Source: a virus. Taken from it: a stretch of DNA of 64,000 nucleotides. The translations under genes were made by a program, and so were the position numbers. The notes beneath the pieces were generated by a model, which saw nothing but the letters and a program-made list of their open reading frames with translations, was not told the DNA's origin and did no database searches. Shown here in pieces: positions 48,101 through 56,443 of the stretch (its first letter is position 1; every line of letters begins with the position of its first letter). The DNA lies in the IMG/VR virus record IMGVR_UViG_3300042731_007310, positions 20,479 to 84,478 of that record. One strand, 5' to 3'.

Positions 48101-48171
48101 CTATTCAAAATACTGGAACGGCGGCTATAAACCATGATAACATTTTACAGGCTAGTGTGACCCTTCCGTAA
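45115..48171 (+). CDS. Tail fibre/tailspike with parallel beta-helix (pectin-lyase-like) domain
   Basis: ATDVQSALEEI fibre motif, then repeated F-x-[ND]-C-x-[FI] beta-helix rungs; last tail gene. Confidence 0.78.
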   Translation: MTTGSEFVSITNKKLLGFQDFGSRFFDYLNENIREAIDRLFIQGSFTEKVPLSSSGTDQVQIDLKPTEGDGVVHDGNGHIIDLEQIDRTAIFDNLTGTTYEVGAAYLGYPEEIRINPNTGKPEYDRYVDGVGVEAEPDSVTDNGSNITFRVDSLFEQGVSVADHTGRIVRVFKKQLADGATSAAIAIETCTVFYGGGQNQITTTGLLGQTSVSTTASDYYVQLVGIIVLKNTATNRPTQSPDSVFFAGTVAGNTGATPTVFDITNQNRIDAQSASSMAFTPYTGAAPISWALSATDVQSALEEIVDDLTSTAGGANLIRISSAAFTQSNPSSSLSWGGLGTSGDELFTKLTDADRQIVRSRFGITHSANTGTMQADIQGVNDIITSWGIEKHFLKGAGALSFTSSNMDKTKIPSIEGETPLKTKLNAPSGVSAFNWYGVFRDMQLGTTLYSILGEDGPFHAQNCLIAPNAFQHYGGGNATGGGALGGNEASSMRSCHVPDVLSGSGTPLSNGTFQVITNNAGVSVEYFSNCVFINETNGSPVLYTDGSPYQNSYAVSRKKVFINCAFIQKEGDQYCLNIDGDDIHFIGCVIAIDAGDSGNYTEAIRLTSGNRKVSFTDCYIYSDSGKLVSSPAISSRTLQRTFTRCHFSGVEADRDNTDQPCMIDTEGVDYIDCSFNLNATFMRFTGATNQTIQIKEGTLRNCKFRKASGTTDEATMHSYEWILFQDCKIQNLLVDLRNFDADRDLSGSDSYPSFVNFTDCEVRGFEFNCIPDSYITTTPTWNFINLRGRTSISDMLFATDFDTSLGSQNPDECIVITGDDCKIEHARFEFVNSARPPEPTANGYILVIGERCVLDDLYLYGYGGQWYFTSTTPNYTSYARWFIYQSPRAHNLQISRIRSAQGSSGMFNTKLVQFNGTTGIPTNGGSVKNCDVYFEGECMFIDADTYCQALQIVCNRVYASTAAAMPNNQWVDLNAADYSIVADNIFLSEYTTTPAIQNTGTAAINHDNILQASVTLP

Positions 48172-48187
48172 CCAATAAAAAGGAGAT

Positions 48188-48544
48188 ATGAAAATGGAAA
48201 TGGTTCAACAATATGTATTGCCTCATTGGCCATTCCTTGTAATGGCCTTGATATTGGCAAGTGTTGGAAAAGTGATGAAGGAAAAGGTTTGGACAAAAGA
48301 GAAAGCCGCTAAAGGTAAATTCTTTTGGTGTATGCGCGCATTCCTTCCGTTACATGCCCCTATAACCGGTGTTGTGGTGGCCCTAATCGGCCACTTATTT
48401 GGAGATATGCCGGTTTCCCCTGGTGTAGAAGGACTTCCAGCTATCATGCTTTATTATGCCGGTTCCGGTTGGTTATCATCTTACATCTATTCACTTGGAA
48501 AACATTTTTTGAAATCGCGCGGAATCAAAATAAATTCAGCGTAA
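48188..48544 (+). CDS. Putative holin
   Basis: 118 aa, about three TM segments, basic C-terminus, AGGAG RBS, dual-start-like MKM; directly after the tail genes. Confidence 0.6.
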   Translation: MKMEMVQQYVLPHWPFLVMALILASVGKVMKEKVWTKEKAAKGKFFWCMRAFLPLHAPITGVVVALIGHLFGDMPVSPGVEGLPAIMLYYAGSGWLSSYIYSLGKHFLKSRGIKINSA

Positions 48545-48603
48545 ACCTTGGTGGTGTGGTATATTACTAATTGAAGTGACCGAAGGGTCGAGATTGATTG
48601 GTA

Positions 48604-48975
48604 ATGTCGATACTCCTAAAAATCGGGTCTTGGATCAAAACCGCTGCTAAGTGGATTTGGTCCAGACCTGTTGTCTTAGCGTCTATTATTGGTGCGATCG
48701 TCGGTGGATTCTTCATTTATAAGTCGAATAAGAACACAATCGACAATCTAAAAGACGCGGTTGAAGTTCATAAAGCAAAGTCGAAGATTGCGAAGAATAC
48801 AGCTAAAGTCGAATCCCTTGAAGCGCGCGCTAACGAAAAGGCACAAAAAGCCAAAGAGTTGAAGCTAGAAATAGCGGCTAGTAAAAGACGCGTTGTTGAA
48901 ATCAACGAAAAAAAGCCTGTAGAAGGGATGAACGACGATGAAGTTGCGAAACTTTTTAGCGATTCTGGTTTGTAG
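48604..48975 (+). CDS. Membrane-anchored coiled-coil protein (i-spanin-like)
   Basis: Single N-terminal TM followed by coiled coil; next to the holin. Confidence 0.5.
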   Translation: MSILLKIGSWIKTAAKWIWSRPVVLASIIGAIVGGFFIYKSNKNTIDNLKDAVEVHKAKSKIAKNTAKVESLEARANEKAQKAKELKLEIAASKRRVVEINEKKPVEGMNDDEVAKLFSDSGL

Positions 48976-49417
48976 TCTATCATTGTTTATCGTGTCAAAC
49001 TGGCCTTCTAAGGCGTTCGCTTGTGACACGATCGAGAATGCGACTTTGGAATCTAGTTGCGTTGTGATGGCAAGGGAAGGCCAAAGGGGTGTATGGTTTT
49101 CGTTTTCGGAAGCTGAACGACTTCGGAAGGCAAGTTTGATAGTTCCTGAACTTCAACTTCAGATAAAAAAGTTTGAACAATCTGAAATTGAGAAGAATTC
49201 GGAAGTATCAAATTTACGTGAAGCGTTGAAGCTACAGAAGGAATCAACAACCACTCTAGAATCTACGGTAGAGACCTATGTCAAACAGACACGTGAAGCG
49301 AAAGAAGATGCGGCTGAAGCCCGTGAAGCGCTTGACGCTTGGTATCGATCATGGTGGTTTCTAACGGGCTTAGGAGCCGTTTTAGGCACTGGCGTTACAC
49401 TTGCGATTGTACTGTAA
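48938..49417 (+). CDS. Secreted coiled-coil protein with C-terminal TM (spanin-like)
   Basis: Signal peptide ending AFA-C, coiled coil, WYRSWW plus TM tail; overlaps the previous gene as spanin pairs do. Confidence 0.45.
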   Translation: MKLRNFLAILVCSLSLFIVSNWPSKAFACDTIENATLESSCVVMAREGQRGVWFSFSEAERLRKASLIVPELQLQIKKFEQSEIEKNSEVSNLREALKLQKESTTTLESTVETYVKQTREAKEDAAEAREALDAWYRSWWFLTGLGAVLGTGVTLAIVL

Positions 49418-49453
49418 TTCATCGACGATAAAAGATATCGGATACATCTAGTT

Positions 49454-50911
49454 GTGTCCGTAATTCTTACAATCGATAACACCTTTGTTTATATCGATGG
49501 CGCTGATTTGAAAACTACGCGCGCTATCGATAACAAGTGTTCTTACAAGATAGCTGGTTACTTCTTCAGTCCAGCTTACAAATCCCGTAGATGGGATGGA
49601 AAAGAGCACCTATTCAAATTCACCAAGACTAACGGATATCACGCCCCTGTTGGTATGCTAACCGACATTGTTGACGTGTTGAATAAGAAGAAGGTCAAGT
49701 ATTCTGTTTCCTTCAAGACAAATCTGAAACACGATAAAGTGGATCTTGAATGGAATAATGAAATACAACTAAGAGACTACCAAAATGAAGCTGTAAAGGC
49801 GATGTTTGACAAGCCCTTTCCGGGTAGGGGTGTTTTAAAGATGCCAATACGTTCCGGAAAAACAAAGACAGTAGCCAAGATAATTCAGAAGATAGGTAGG
49901 CCTTCAATATTTGTTGTTCCTTCAAAGTGGCTTCTTTACCAAACAATAAATAGCGTAAAGGAGTGCATACCTAACGTAGAAGTAGGTCAGATTGGTGATA
50001 GCGTATATGATCCAAAATTTGTGACAGTAGCTACCATTCAATCGCTTGCTAAAATGGCTCCTATTCGTGGTACAAAAAAACGAGAAAGTAGACAAGCTCA
50101 TCCAGACTACTTCGGATTGATGACACGATTTGACTTAGGTATTTTTGATGAGTGTCATCATATACGTGGACAAGGTGACTGGCATAGAGTTTTTCTTGAT
50201 CTTGAAGCGAGATTCAAAATAGGTATTTCGGCTACTGTATTTTTCGACAACACCAAAGAACAGGAAGCTGGTATTATTTGGTTACGCGGAAATTGTGGAC
50301 CTATCAAGTGTGATATTCCGACTTCGCGATTGATCAAAGAAGGGTTTCTTTTACCTCAACACGTGAAAATCTACAAAGTTGAAGAACCAAATCTTCAAAA
50401 TTCAAGATACAGTGCAACACTAAAGAAGCGTTGTATCACCGAAAACCAATATCGAAACAAGATGATTGCTTCATTGGTTGAAGAACACCTACCAATGAAG
50501 ACGATTATAATAGCTAATGAACACAATCATATAGCTCGAATTTGTAATGAGCTTTTAGAGCTTGATATCGACTTTAGAACCCTAACAGGTAGAGACAAAC
50601 AGAGTAGAAGAGATAGTGTTGTTGAAGACTTCGTTAGTGGTAGATTCAACGTTATCATCGGAAATGTCTTAGGTGAAGGTGTTGATATTCCTGAAGTTGA
50701 ATGTGTGATAAACGCTGAAGGCGGTAAAGACGAAAAGAAGACTTGGCAAAGACAAAGAAATCTAACCATCGTAGAAGGTAGTGATAAGGTCCCTGTAATG
50801 ATAGATTTCTACGATGACACATGTTCATATTTTAGAAGGCATAGTAAGGCTAGATTGAAGGTCTATAAAAGCGAACCAGAATTCAAAACGGAGATCCTTG
50901 AATGGCGATAG
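49454..50911 (+). CDS. SF2 DEAD/DEAH helicase (UvsW/ResIII-like)
   Basis: LRDYQ, MPIRSGKT, DECHH, GISAT, LGEGVDIP. Confidence 0.92.
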   Translation: MSVILTIDNTFVYIDGADLKTTRAIDNKCSYKIAGYFFSPAYKSRRWDGKEHLFKFTKTNGYHAPVGMLTDIVDVLNKKKVKYSVSFKTNLKHDKVDLEWNNEIQLRDYQNEAVKAMFDKPFPGRGVLKMPIRSGKTKTVAKIIQKIGRPSIFVVPSKWLLYQTINSVKECIPNVEVGQIGDSVYDPKFVTVATIQSLAKMAPIRGTKKRESRQAHPDYFGLMTRFDLGIFDECHHIRGQGDWHRVFLDLEARFKIGISATVFFDNTKEQEAGIIWLRGNCGPIKCDIPTSRLIKEGFLLPQHVKIYKVEEPNLQNSRYSATLKKRCITENQYRNKMIASLVEEHLPMKTIIIANEHNHIARICNELLELDIDFRTLTGRDKQSRRDSVVEDFVSGRFNVIIGNVLGEGVDIPEVECVINAEGGKDEKKTWQRQRNLTIVEGSDKVPVMIDFYDDTCSYFRRHSKARLKVYKSEPEFKTEILEWR

Positions 50912-51516
50912 GCAAGAAAAGCAAAAAGGGCGAAAGAATCAAAGCGCTTCCGGATCGTTTTGAGAATGAAGGACCTATCGAACTTCCGGAAGCATACGAG
51001 AAATTGTCTCATGTTGCTTTTGCTGTTTGGATTCGATTATCGGTAGCTTCAAGAGAAGATCTTCACGGTGGTAGACAATACATTGCTGATATTCTTGGTT
51101 ACTCTCAACGGCGATCAAATGAAATCCTTTTAGAGTTAGAAAGAAAAGGATTCATCATATTTATGCCTGAAGGACCTTGGCAAAAAACAGCGATCGCAAT
51201 CATGAGAAAACCACTTTTGAGAAGGGGTGCAAACTTCACTAAATTTTCCGGATTTCTGTCAAAAGTCGATTTCACAATTAACAGAAGTCCGGAAAATTTC
51301 GATCTGAGAGCTAAAATTCACACTGTTATTGTTGGAACCGGTCAGTATAAATCTATACCTGAATCTAGTGATTTTTTTGATCATTCACGAACTTGCACGG
51401 ATCCGTCACACACTTGCACGAATTCGTCACACACTTGCACGAATTCGTCACACACTTGCTTAGCCAAAAAAACGAATCCTATAAATTTATGCCGTTTGAA
51501 GAAGGAAAAAAAATGA
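50902..51516 (+). CDS. Winged-helix protein, possible replication initiator N-terminal domain, with internal 7-aa repeats
   Basis: RQYIADILGYSQRRSNEILLELERKGFI wHTH; SHTCTNS repeats. Confidence 0.65.
   Translation: MAIGKKSKKGERIKALPDRFENEGPIELPEAYEKLSHVAFAVWIRLSVASREDLHGGRQYIADILGYSQRRSNEILLELERKGFIIFMPEGPWQKTAIAIMRKPLLRRGANFTKFSGFLSKVDFTINRSPENFDLRAKIHTVIVGTGQYKSIPESSDFFDHSRTCTDPSHTCTNSSHTCTNSSHTCLAKKTNPINLCRLKKEKK
51391..51459. repeat. 21-bp tandem repeat (3.3 copies), iteron/origin candidate
   Basis: ACTTGCACGGATCCGTCACAC, then ACTTGCACGAATTCGTCACAC twice, then ACTTGC; each unit has a 10-bp palindrome. Confidence 0.85.
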
Positions 51517-52415
51517 AATTGGTCGAAAAAAAGTCCGCTTCAACTAGCAGAAATTATAGGCGTAAATTTGTACAAGAAAACGGCTATCTAAAAGAATCGG
51601 ACGTCTATAGTAATATATGTAGTAATTTAAGATCTTATAAAGAACAAGATAAAATTAATAGACGAGCTTTACGTAGTAAAGCGAGTCATATTAGAAAAGT
51701 AAGAAACCAGAATAATCGTTCTCGCGGAATTGAAGTCATTGAATGGGATGATTTAGAAATCATCACCTTCAATCCAATAAATAAGAAACACAAAAAACAT
51801 CTTCAAATACTTCGTCTCAATCCCCGGAATTCTAAAAGACAAAAATTGGTGTCAAGATTAGAAACAGAATTTTGTAGATTGTATTCGAGATATAGAAGAG
51901 CGGCTGAAAGAGCACTTGATAGAACCACGGTTGTTTATGATGTACATGAGAACGAAAGAAAGTATGCTGCACTTGCCGCGATCACATGTCTTCAGAAGGG
52001 AGTAACACCTAGACAGGTTTTTGAATACTGGCACAAAAACATAAAACACTTCAAAGGTGCTAACACAATGACAATACCTTCTTTATCTTTTATATCAAGC
52101 GCTGCAAACATAGATACAGTAGCTTGTTCATTGGTTCCGGATAAGGACGATCCAAAAAAGAAACGAGTAAAAACAAAGGAACCTGAATTTAGGCCTTCGT
52201 TTGGAAATAGTTTCAGTGACACTTCCGGATTAGACATTCGTCTTAGAGAACGACTAACAAAGGCTGGTTATGATACTACAAAATATAATGACCGTTATTT
52301 GATGACAGTTCAAAAAACGGCTTTAGCTATTGCAATGGGTAGAGATATCTTTGTGCCAGAAAGCGAAATAGGTGAGATGTCTAGATGGGTAGCGGAGAAT
52401 TTATATGCGACGTGA
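51513..52415 (+). CDS. Hypothetical basic protein, probable replication initiator component
   Basis: Between the wHTH gene and the DnaC-like loader; start placed at ATG 51513 (ATGA overlap, AAGGA RBS). Confidence 0.6.
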   Translation: MKLVEKKSASTSRNYRRKFVQENGYLKESDVYSNICSNLRSYKEQDKINRRALRSKASHIRKVRNQNNRSRGIEVIEWDDLEIITFNPINKKHKKHLQILRLNPRNSKRQKLVSRLETEFCRLYSRYRRAAERALDRTTVVYDVHENERKYAALAAITCLQKGVTPRQVFEYWHKNIKHFKGANTMTIPSLSFISSAANIDTVACSLVPDKDDPKKKRVKTKEPEFRPSFGNSFSDTSGLDIRLRERLTKAGYDTTKYNDRYLMTVQKTALAIAMGRDIFVPESEIGEMSRWVAENLYAT

Positions 52416-53079
52416 AAATGAAGTTCATGATTTTACATCGGTTATGTACGATGAATATGGTGAAGAAGATCCAGTAGCCGAGTATCGTATAGCTTGCTAC
52501 GAAGCTTGTATTCCAAAAACGTTTTGGGATGTATCATCAAAACATGTTTCTCACAACGAAGAAGTTTTCAATAAAGTGGTTGTGTCGTATCGAAAGCATT
52601 GGAAGAAAGCGATAAGGAAGGGGTATTCTTTATTATTCGTAGGAGATAACGGAAGTGGGAAAACCATGTTTATCAGTTATCTGTTGACTCAAATGATAAA
52701 ACGTGGATTGACAGCTTACTACACTACTCTTACTCAACTTGACATAGATATCAAAATGGGTTTCAGGGATAACGATTTAGCGTTGAGACTTGAATATATG
52801 TTGGAAAGTGATTTTGTTGCTATCGACGAGATAGGGAAAGAATCTTTCAAAACAGACGGGTATCTAACCACTCGACTAGAGCACTATTTGAAAAAGCGAT
52901 ATGATGATGGTGAACCAATGTTGTTATCTTCGAATATTGATATTGAATCATTGTGTAAGATGTATGGTTCGACTATTGAATCTATGCTTGACGGAAAATA
53001 CAGAACAGTCTCATTAGAGCCCGGTGATTTTAGGAAGTCAACTAAGGCTAGGATGAAGAAGGATATGAACTACAAATGA
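52405..53079 (+). CDS. DnaC/IstB-like AAA+ helicase loader
   Basis: GDNGSGKT Walker A, FVAIDEIGKE Walker B, LKKRYD...SSN. Confidence 0.88.
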   Translation: MRRENEVHDFTSVMYDEYGEEDPVAEYRIACYEACIPKTFWDVSSKHVSHNEEVFNKVVVSYRKHWKKAIRKGYSLLFVGDNGSGKTMFISYLLTQMIKRGLTAYYTTLTQLDIDIKMGFRDNDLALRLEYMLESDFVAIDEIGKESFKTDGYLTTRLEHYLKKRYDDGEPMLLSSNIDIESLCKMYGSTIESMLDGKYRTVSLEPGDFRKSTKARMKKDMNYK

Positions 53080-54506
53080 AATTCGATCAAAAATATGAGG
53101 ATCAAGTTTTATCTCAGTGTTTGAGAGATGAGAATTTCTTGAAACGTGCTAGCCGTGTTTGTGAAGCTCATATTTTTTCTACCAAAGAAAGATCATGGTT
53201 GTGGAATATTATTCATGATAATTGGAAAAGTTATCGTGAAAGGACCACACCAAATATCATAAAGTCGCGAGCGAAAAATGATTTTGATAAAAAAGACAAA
53301 AGGAAGCCATATTTAGTTTTAGCCAAAAGAATAATTCAAACAAAACCGCGTAATCCGAAAACTGTTTTAGACGAGCTTGACAAGTTTGTTCGTCACGTAA
53401 ACGTTCAGATAGCAATTGAAAAAGGCGCTGAACTTCTAGAGAAGAACAAAGTAGAAGAAGCCGAAAGGGTAATAGCTAAAAGTTCAAGGTCTATTGTTAG
53501 ACAAAGAAACTATACTCACATACCTTGGATAGAAAATTTTGATTCACGTCAAGAACAAAGAAAATACGAAAGAGATCATCCTGAAGAGTACGTTACGATA
53601 CCATTTGGATTTCCTAAGATAGACAAGGTTTTATCTGGTGGTGGAAGAAAGGGTGAACTTGGACTTATTATTGGTACTACAGGAAGGGGTAAATCTGTTT
53701 TTCTGACAAACGTAGCTATGGCGTGTGTAGCGCGCGGATTCAACGCTATCTATTTTGGTTTCGAAATGCCAGCGCGCCAATTAGCAACACGTCAAGATTC
53801 AAGGTGGTCAGGTATAAAGTATAACAAGTTCAAGGCGTATGATTTTGATCCTTCAGAAATGAGATTATTAGCTAGGCGATTGAAGAAAGCAAAAAAGAAA
53901 TTCAAAAACAGACTTCATATAGTTTCTATGCCAGTTAGATCGGCGAATATGTTAGACGTAAGGAATGCAATAGATGATATAAGACAGGATTTTGGATTTG
54001 AAGCTGATGCAATATTTTTAGATTCAGCGGACCATCTTCGATCGCTTGAAGGTTATGGAAGTAATTATCGCCTTCAACAGGCTGAAGTATATTGGTCATG
54101 TAAAGAACTAGCTGAAGAAGATGGTTACTTTGTTATGTCTTCAACACAAGCCGGTAAAGAATGGGTGAAGAGAATAGCTACCGCTGAAGCTTCTTCTGAA
54201 TCTTATGACAAGAGTAGGATCGCGGATTTGGTTTTATCACTAAATGATCCGTTTGAGATGAGAAAAAAGGGTAGAAAAACAATCGTTCAAGACGATGACG
54301 ACGATGACGACGATTTTGAAAAAGACGAAGAAATAGATACGCCTACGGTGAAAGAAGGTTCTAAGTTACTAGAGCTTTACATGAGTAAGTATCGTGATGG
54401 CGATTCAAAATTCAAGGTTGACCTTGAATGTGATTTTTCAACAATCACAATGAAAGAAATTTCTAAAGACGATGACGATGACGAAGGTGATGACGATGAC
54501 GATTGA
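53076..54506 (+). CDS. dnaB: Replicative DNA helicase (DnaB-like)
   Basis: GGGRKGEL, GTTGRGKS, FEMP, FLDSADHL, STQ, ESYDKSRIADLV, KYRDG. Confidence 0.9.
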   Translation: MKFDQKYEDQVLSQCLRDENFLKRASRVCEAHIFSTKERSWLWNIIHDNWKSYRERTTPNIIKSRAKNDFDKKDKRKPYLVLAKRIIQTKPRNPKTVLDELDKFVRHVNVQIAIEKGAELLEKNKVEEAERVIAKSSRSIVRQRNYTHIPWIENFDSRQEQRKYERDHPEEYVTIPFGFPKIDKVLSGGGRKGELGLIIGTTGRGKSVFLTNVAMACVARGFNAIYFGFEMPARQLATRQDSRWSGIKYNKFKAYDFDPSEMRLLARRLKKAKKKFKNRLHIVSMPVRSANMLDVRNAIDDIRQDFGFEADAIFLDSADHLRSLEGYGSNYRLQQAEVYWSCKELAEEDGYFVMSSTQAGKEWVKRIATAEASSESYDKSRIADLVLSLNDPFEMRKKGRKTIVQDDDDDDDDFEKDEEIDTPTVKEGSKLLELYMSKYRDGDSKFKVDLECDFSTITMKEISKDDDDDEGDDDDD

Positions 54507-55278
54507 GAGAAGATGGCAAATAGCTAATCAGTGGCTTGAAGATTCAAAATCAAATTGGATGGTTTTCTTGTGTGATGCCTTTGAAGGAATGAGGTTGATT
54601 CCTTCCGGAAGTATAGATTTGATAGTTACCGATCCGGCTTATGAATCGCTCGAAAAATATCGTGACAGTAAAGCTAGAATCAAGAAGTATGAAAGAGAAA
54701 AAGCGGCTGGTAAGTTGAAGGGTACGCGTATACCACGATTACGTGACTGGTTTGAGATAATGCCTAATGATAGGTTTCCGGAATTGTTGGATCAATACTA
54801 TAGAATCATGTCTGAAAATTCGCACTGTTACATTTTCTGTGATGACGAAACTTCCGATGTGATCAAGAAGTATGTTGATGAACAAGGTAAGTTCAAATGG
54901 TGGAAGCGTATTGTTTGGGATAAGCTACACCGTGGTCAAGGTTATCACTATCCAAACCAACATGAATTTATTATCTTCTTGGAAAAGGGAAAGCGTAAAC
55001 TAAACACTTTCGATTATGCTTCAGTGATTCAGTGTAAACGTGTTTCGAAAAAGTCGTTAGGTGGAAGGGATCCGGGTCCTACTGAAAAACCGGTTAGCCT
55101 AATTGAAAAATTTGTTTTGAACAGTAGTAACCCTGGTGAAATCGTTTTCGATTCGTTTTTAGGACGTGGTCCTACCGGTGTAGCAGCGGTGAGTAATGGC
55201 CGTGAATTCCTTGGTTTTGATTTGGACAAGAAAGCTGTTAGAATATCACGTGATAGATTGAGAAATATTGAGTTATGA
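54496..55278 (+). CDS. Site-specific DNA methyltransferase (N6-adenine/N4-cytosine, beta class)
   Basis: IDLIVTDPAY catalytic motif, PTEKP, VFDSFLGRGPTG SAM motif; start uncertain (54472-54496). Confidence 0.9.
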   Translation: MTIERRWQIANQWLEDSKSNWMVFLCDAFEGMRLIPSGSIDLIVTDPAYESLEKYRDSKARIKKYEREKAAGKLKGTRIPRLRDWFEIMPNDRFPELLDQYYRIMSENSHCYIFCDDETSDVIKKYVDEQGKFKWWKRIVWDKLHRGQGYHYPNQHEFIIFLEKGKRKLNTFDYASVIQCKRVSKKSLGGRDPGPTEKPVSLIEKFVLNSSNPGEIVFDSFLGRGPTGVAAVSNGREFLGFDLDKKAVRISRDRLRNIEL

Positions 55279-56312
55279 GATTTGATATAGAAGAATACAT
55301 TTTATCTAATCTAGCAAGGCCAAAACCTGTTCAGTCAAAGAATGGTCAAGAGATGACAGCCGTTTGTCCATCTTGCGAAAAATATGGTGGATTTTATATA
55401 AATAAAGAAACAGGTGCTTATCTTTGTAATAAGTGTGGCTTTAGGGCTATGACGGTTGTTGGATTGGTTGCTAAAGTTGAAGATATATCTTGGTCTGAAG
55501 CGCGCGCTTACATCTTCCAAAAATCGGTGAAGTTGAGAAGGAAGTCAGATGTTTTTTCACTTATCGACAGAATAAGATCCTTACGTCCGGAAGCGGTGAA
55601 GGACGATGAAAAACGTGAAAATGTAGACGTTGATTTACCAGAATATTTCGTTCCTATTTTCGATCCAAAAAGAACACCGAATTGGAAAATACCTCATTAC
55701 TTGAAGCAACGTAAGATAAAGTCTTACACTGTGAAAGATTGGGGTTTAGGATACTGTCGGAAGGGGAAATATTCGGATAGGTTGATTATCCCGATTGAAT
55801 GCCCTAATGGAGTTTCTTGGACTGCTAGGGCTATGTCTGATGACGTGTATGGCCCGAAGTATCTAAACCCACCAGGTGCGGACCATTCTAGGCTTCTAAT
55901 CGGCTGGAATGTTTCAAGGATTACTGGCGACTTGGTTTTGGTTGAAGGTCCCTTAGACGCTGTTAGGCTGTATCAAAACGATATTTCAGCTCTAGCGTTG
56001 GGTGGTAAAGAAATTCATGACGAACAATTGGGTTTATTGATGAAGCTGAACAAATCATCAGCGATAACAATTATGCTTGATCCAACCGAAGATATAGCGC
56101 CATACGACATAGCCGCTCGTTTATCTGTACATTTTGATTACATCTATATAGCAAGATTGCCGAAAGTGAAAATTAATGGAGAAATGGTAGATCCTGGTAG
56201 CGCTCCTAAAAAAATGTCGCATAGGGCTATCGAAAACGCTGAAAGGTGGACTGGTTCGAGATCTCCAAGGTTGAAGGCGATTATTTCAAGAAGTCGTGAA
56301 AAATTGCGGTAA
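55275..56312 (+). CDS. dnaG: DNA primase (Zn finger + TOPRIM)
   Basis: CPSC...CNKC, DRLIIPI, ARA, PKYLNP, LVEGPLDA, IMLDPTE, DPG. Confidence 0.88.
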   Translation: MRFDIEEYILSNLARPKPVQSKNGQEMTAVCPSCEKYGGFYINKETGAYLCNKCGFRAMTVVGLVAKVEDISWSEARAYIFQKSVKLRRKSDVFSLIDRIRSLRPEAVKDDEKRENVDVDLPEYFVPIFDPKRTPNWKIPHYLKQRKIKSYTVKDWGLGYCRKGKYSDRLIIPIECPNGVSWTARAMSDDVYGPKYLNPPGADHSRLLIGWNVSRITGDLVLVEGPLDAVRLYQNDISALALGGKEIHDEQLGLLMKLNKSSAITIMLDPTEDIAPYDIAARLSVHFDYIYIARLPKVKINGEMVDPGSAPKKMSHRAIENAERWTGSRSPRLKAIISRSREKLR

Positions 56313-56328
56313 ATATTACCACAATACC

Positions 56329-56363
56329 TTGACTGTTGAAGCAAGTTGGTATATAAGTATACT
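56329..56363 (+). promoter_or_regulatory. Putative sigma70-like promoter for the AAA+/VWA operon
   Basis: TTGACT (56329-34), N17, TATAAG; overlapping TTGAAG (56336-41), N16, TATACT; AT-rich intergenic gap. Confidence 0.45.
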
Positions 56364-56443
56364 TATATATTGGTTTTTTTTACTTGACCAAATTGTGTTT
56401 TTCGATAACAACTACATGATGACAAAAAAAGGAGATCGACAAA

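Noticed and set aside
51391-51459. Mini-CRISPR array
   Set aside because: The units are head-to-tail with no unique spacers, and no cas genes are present.
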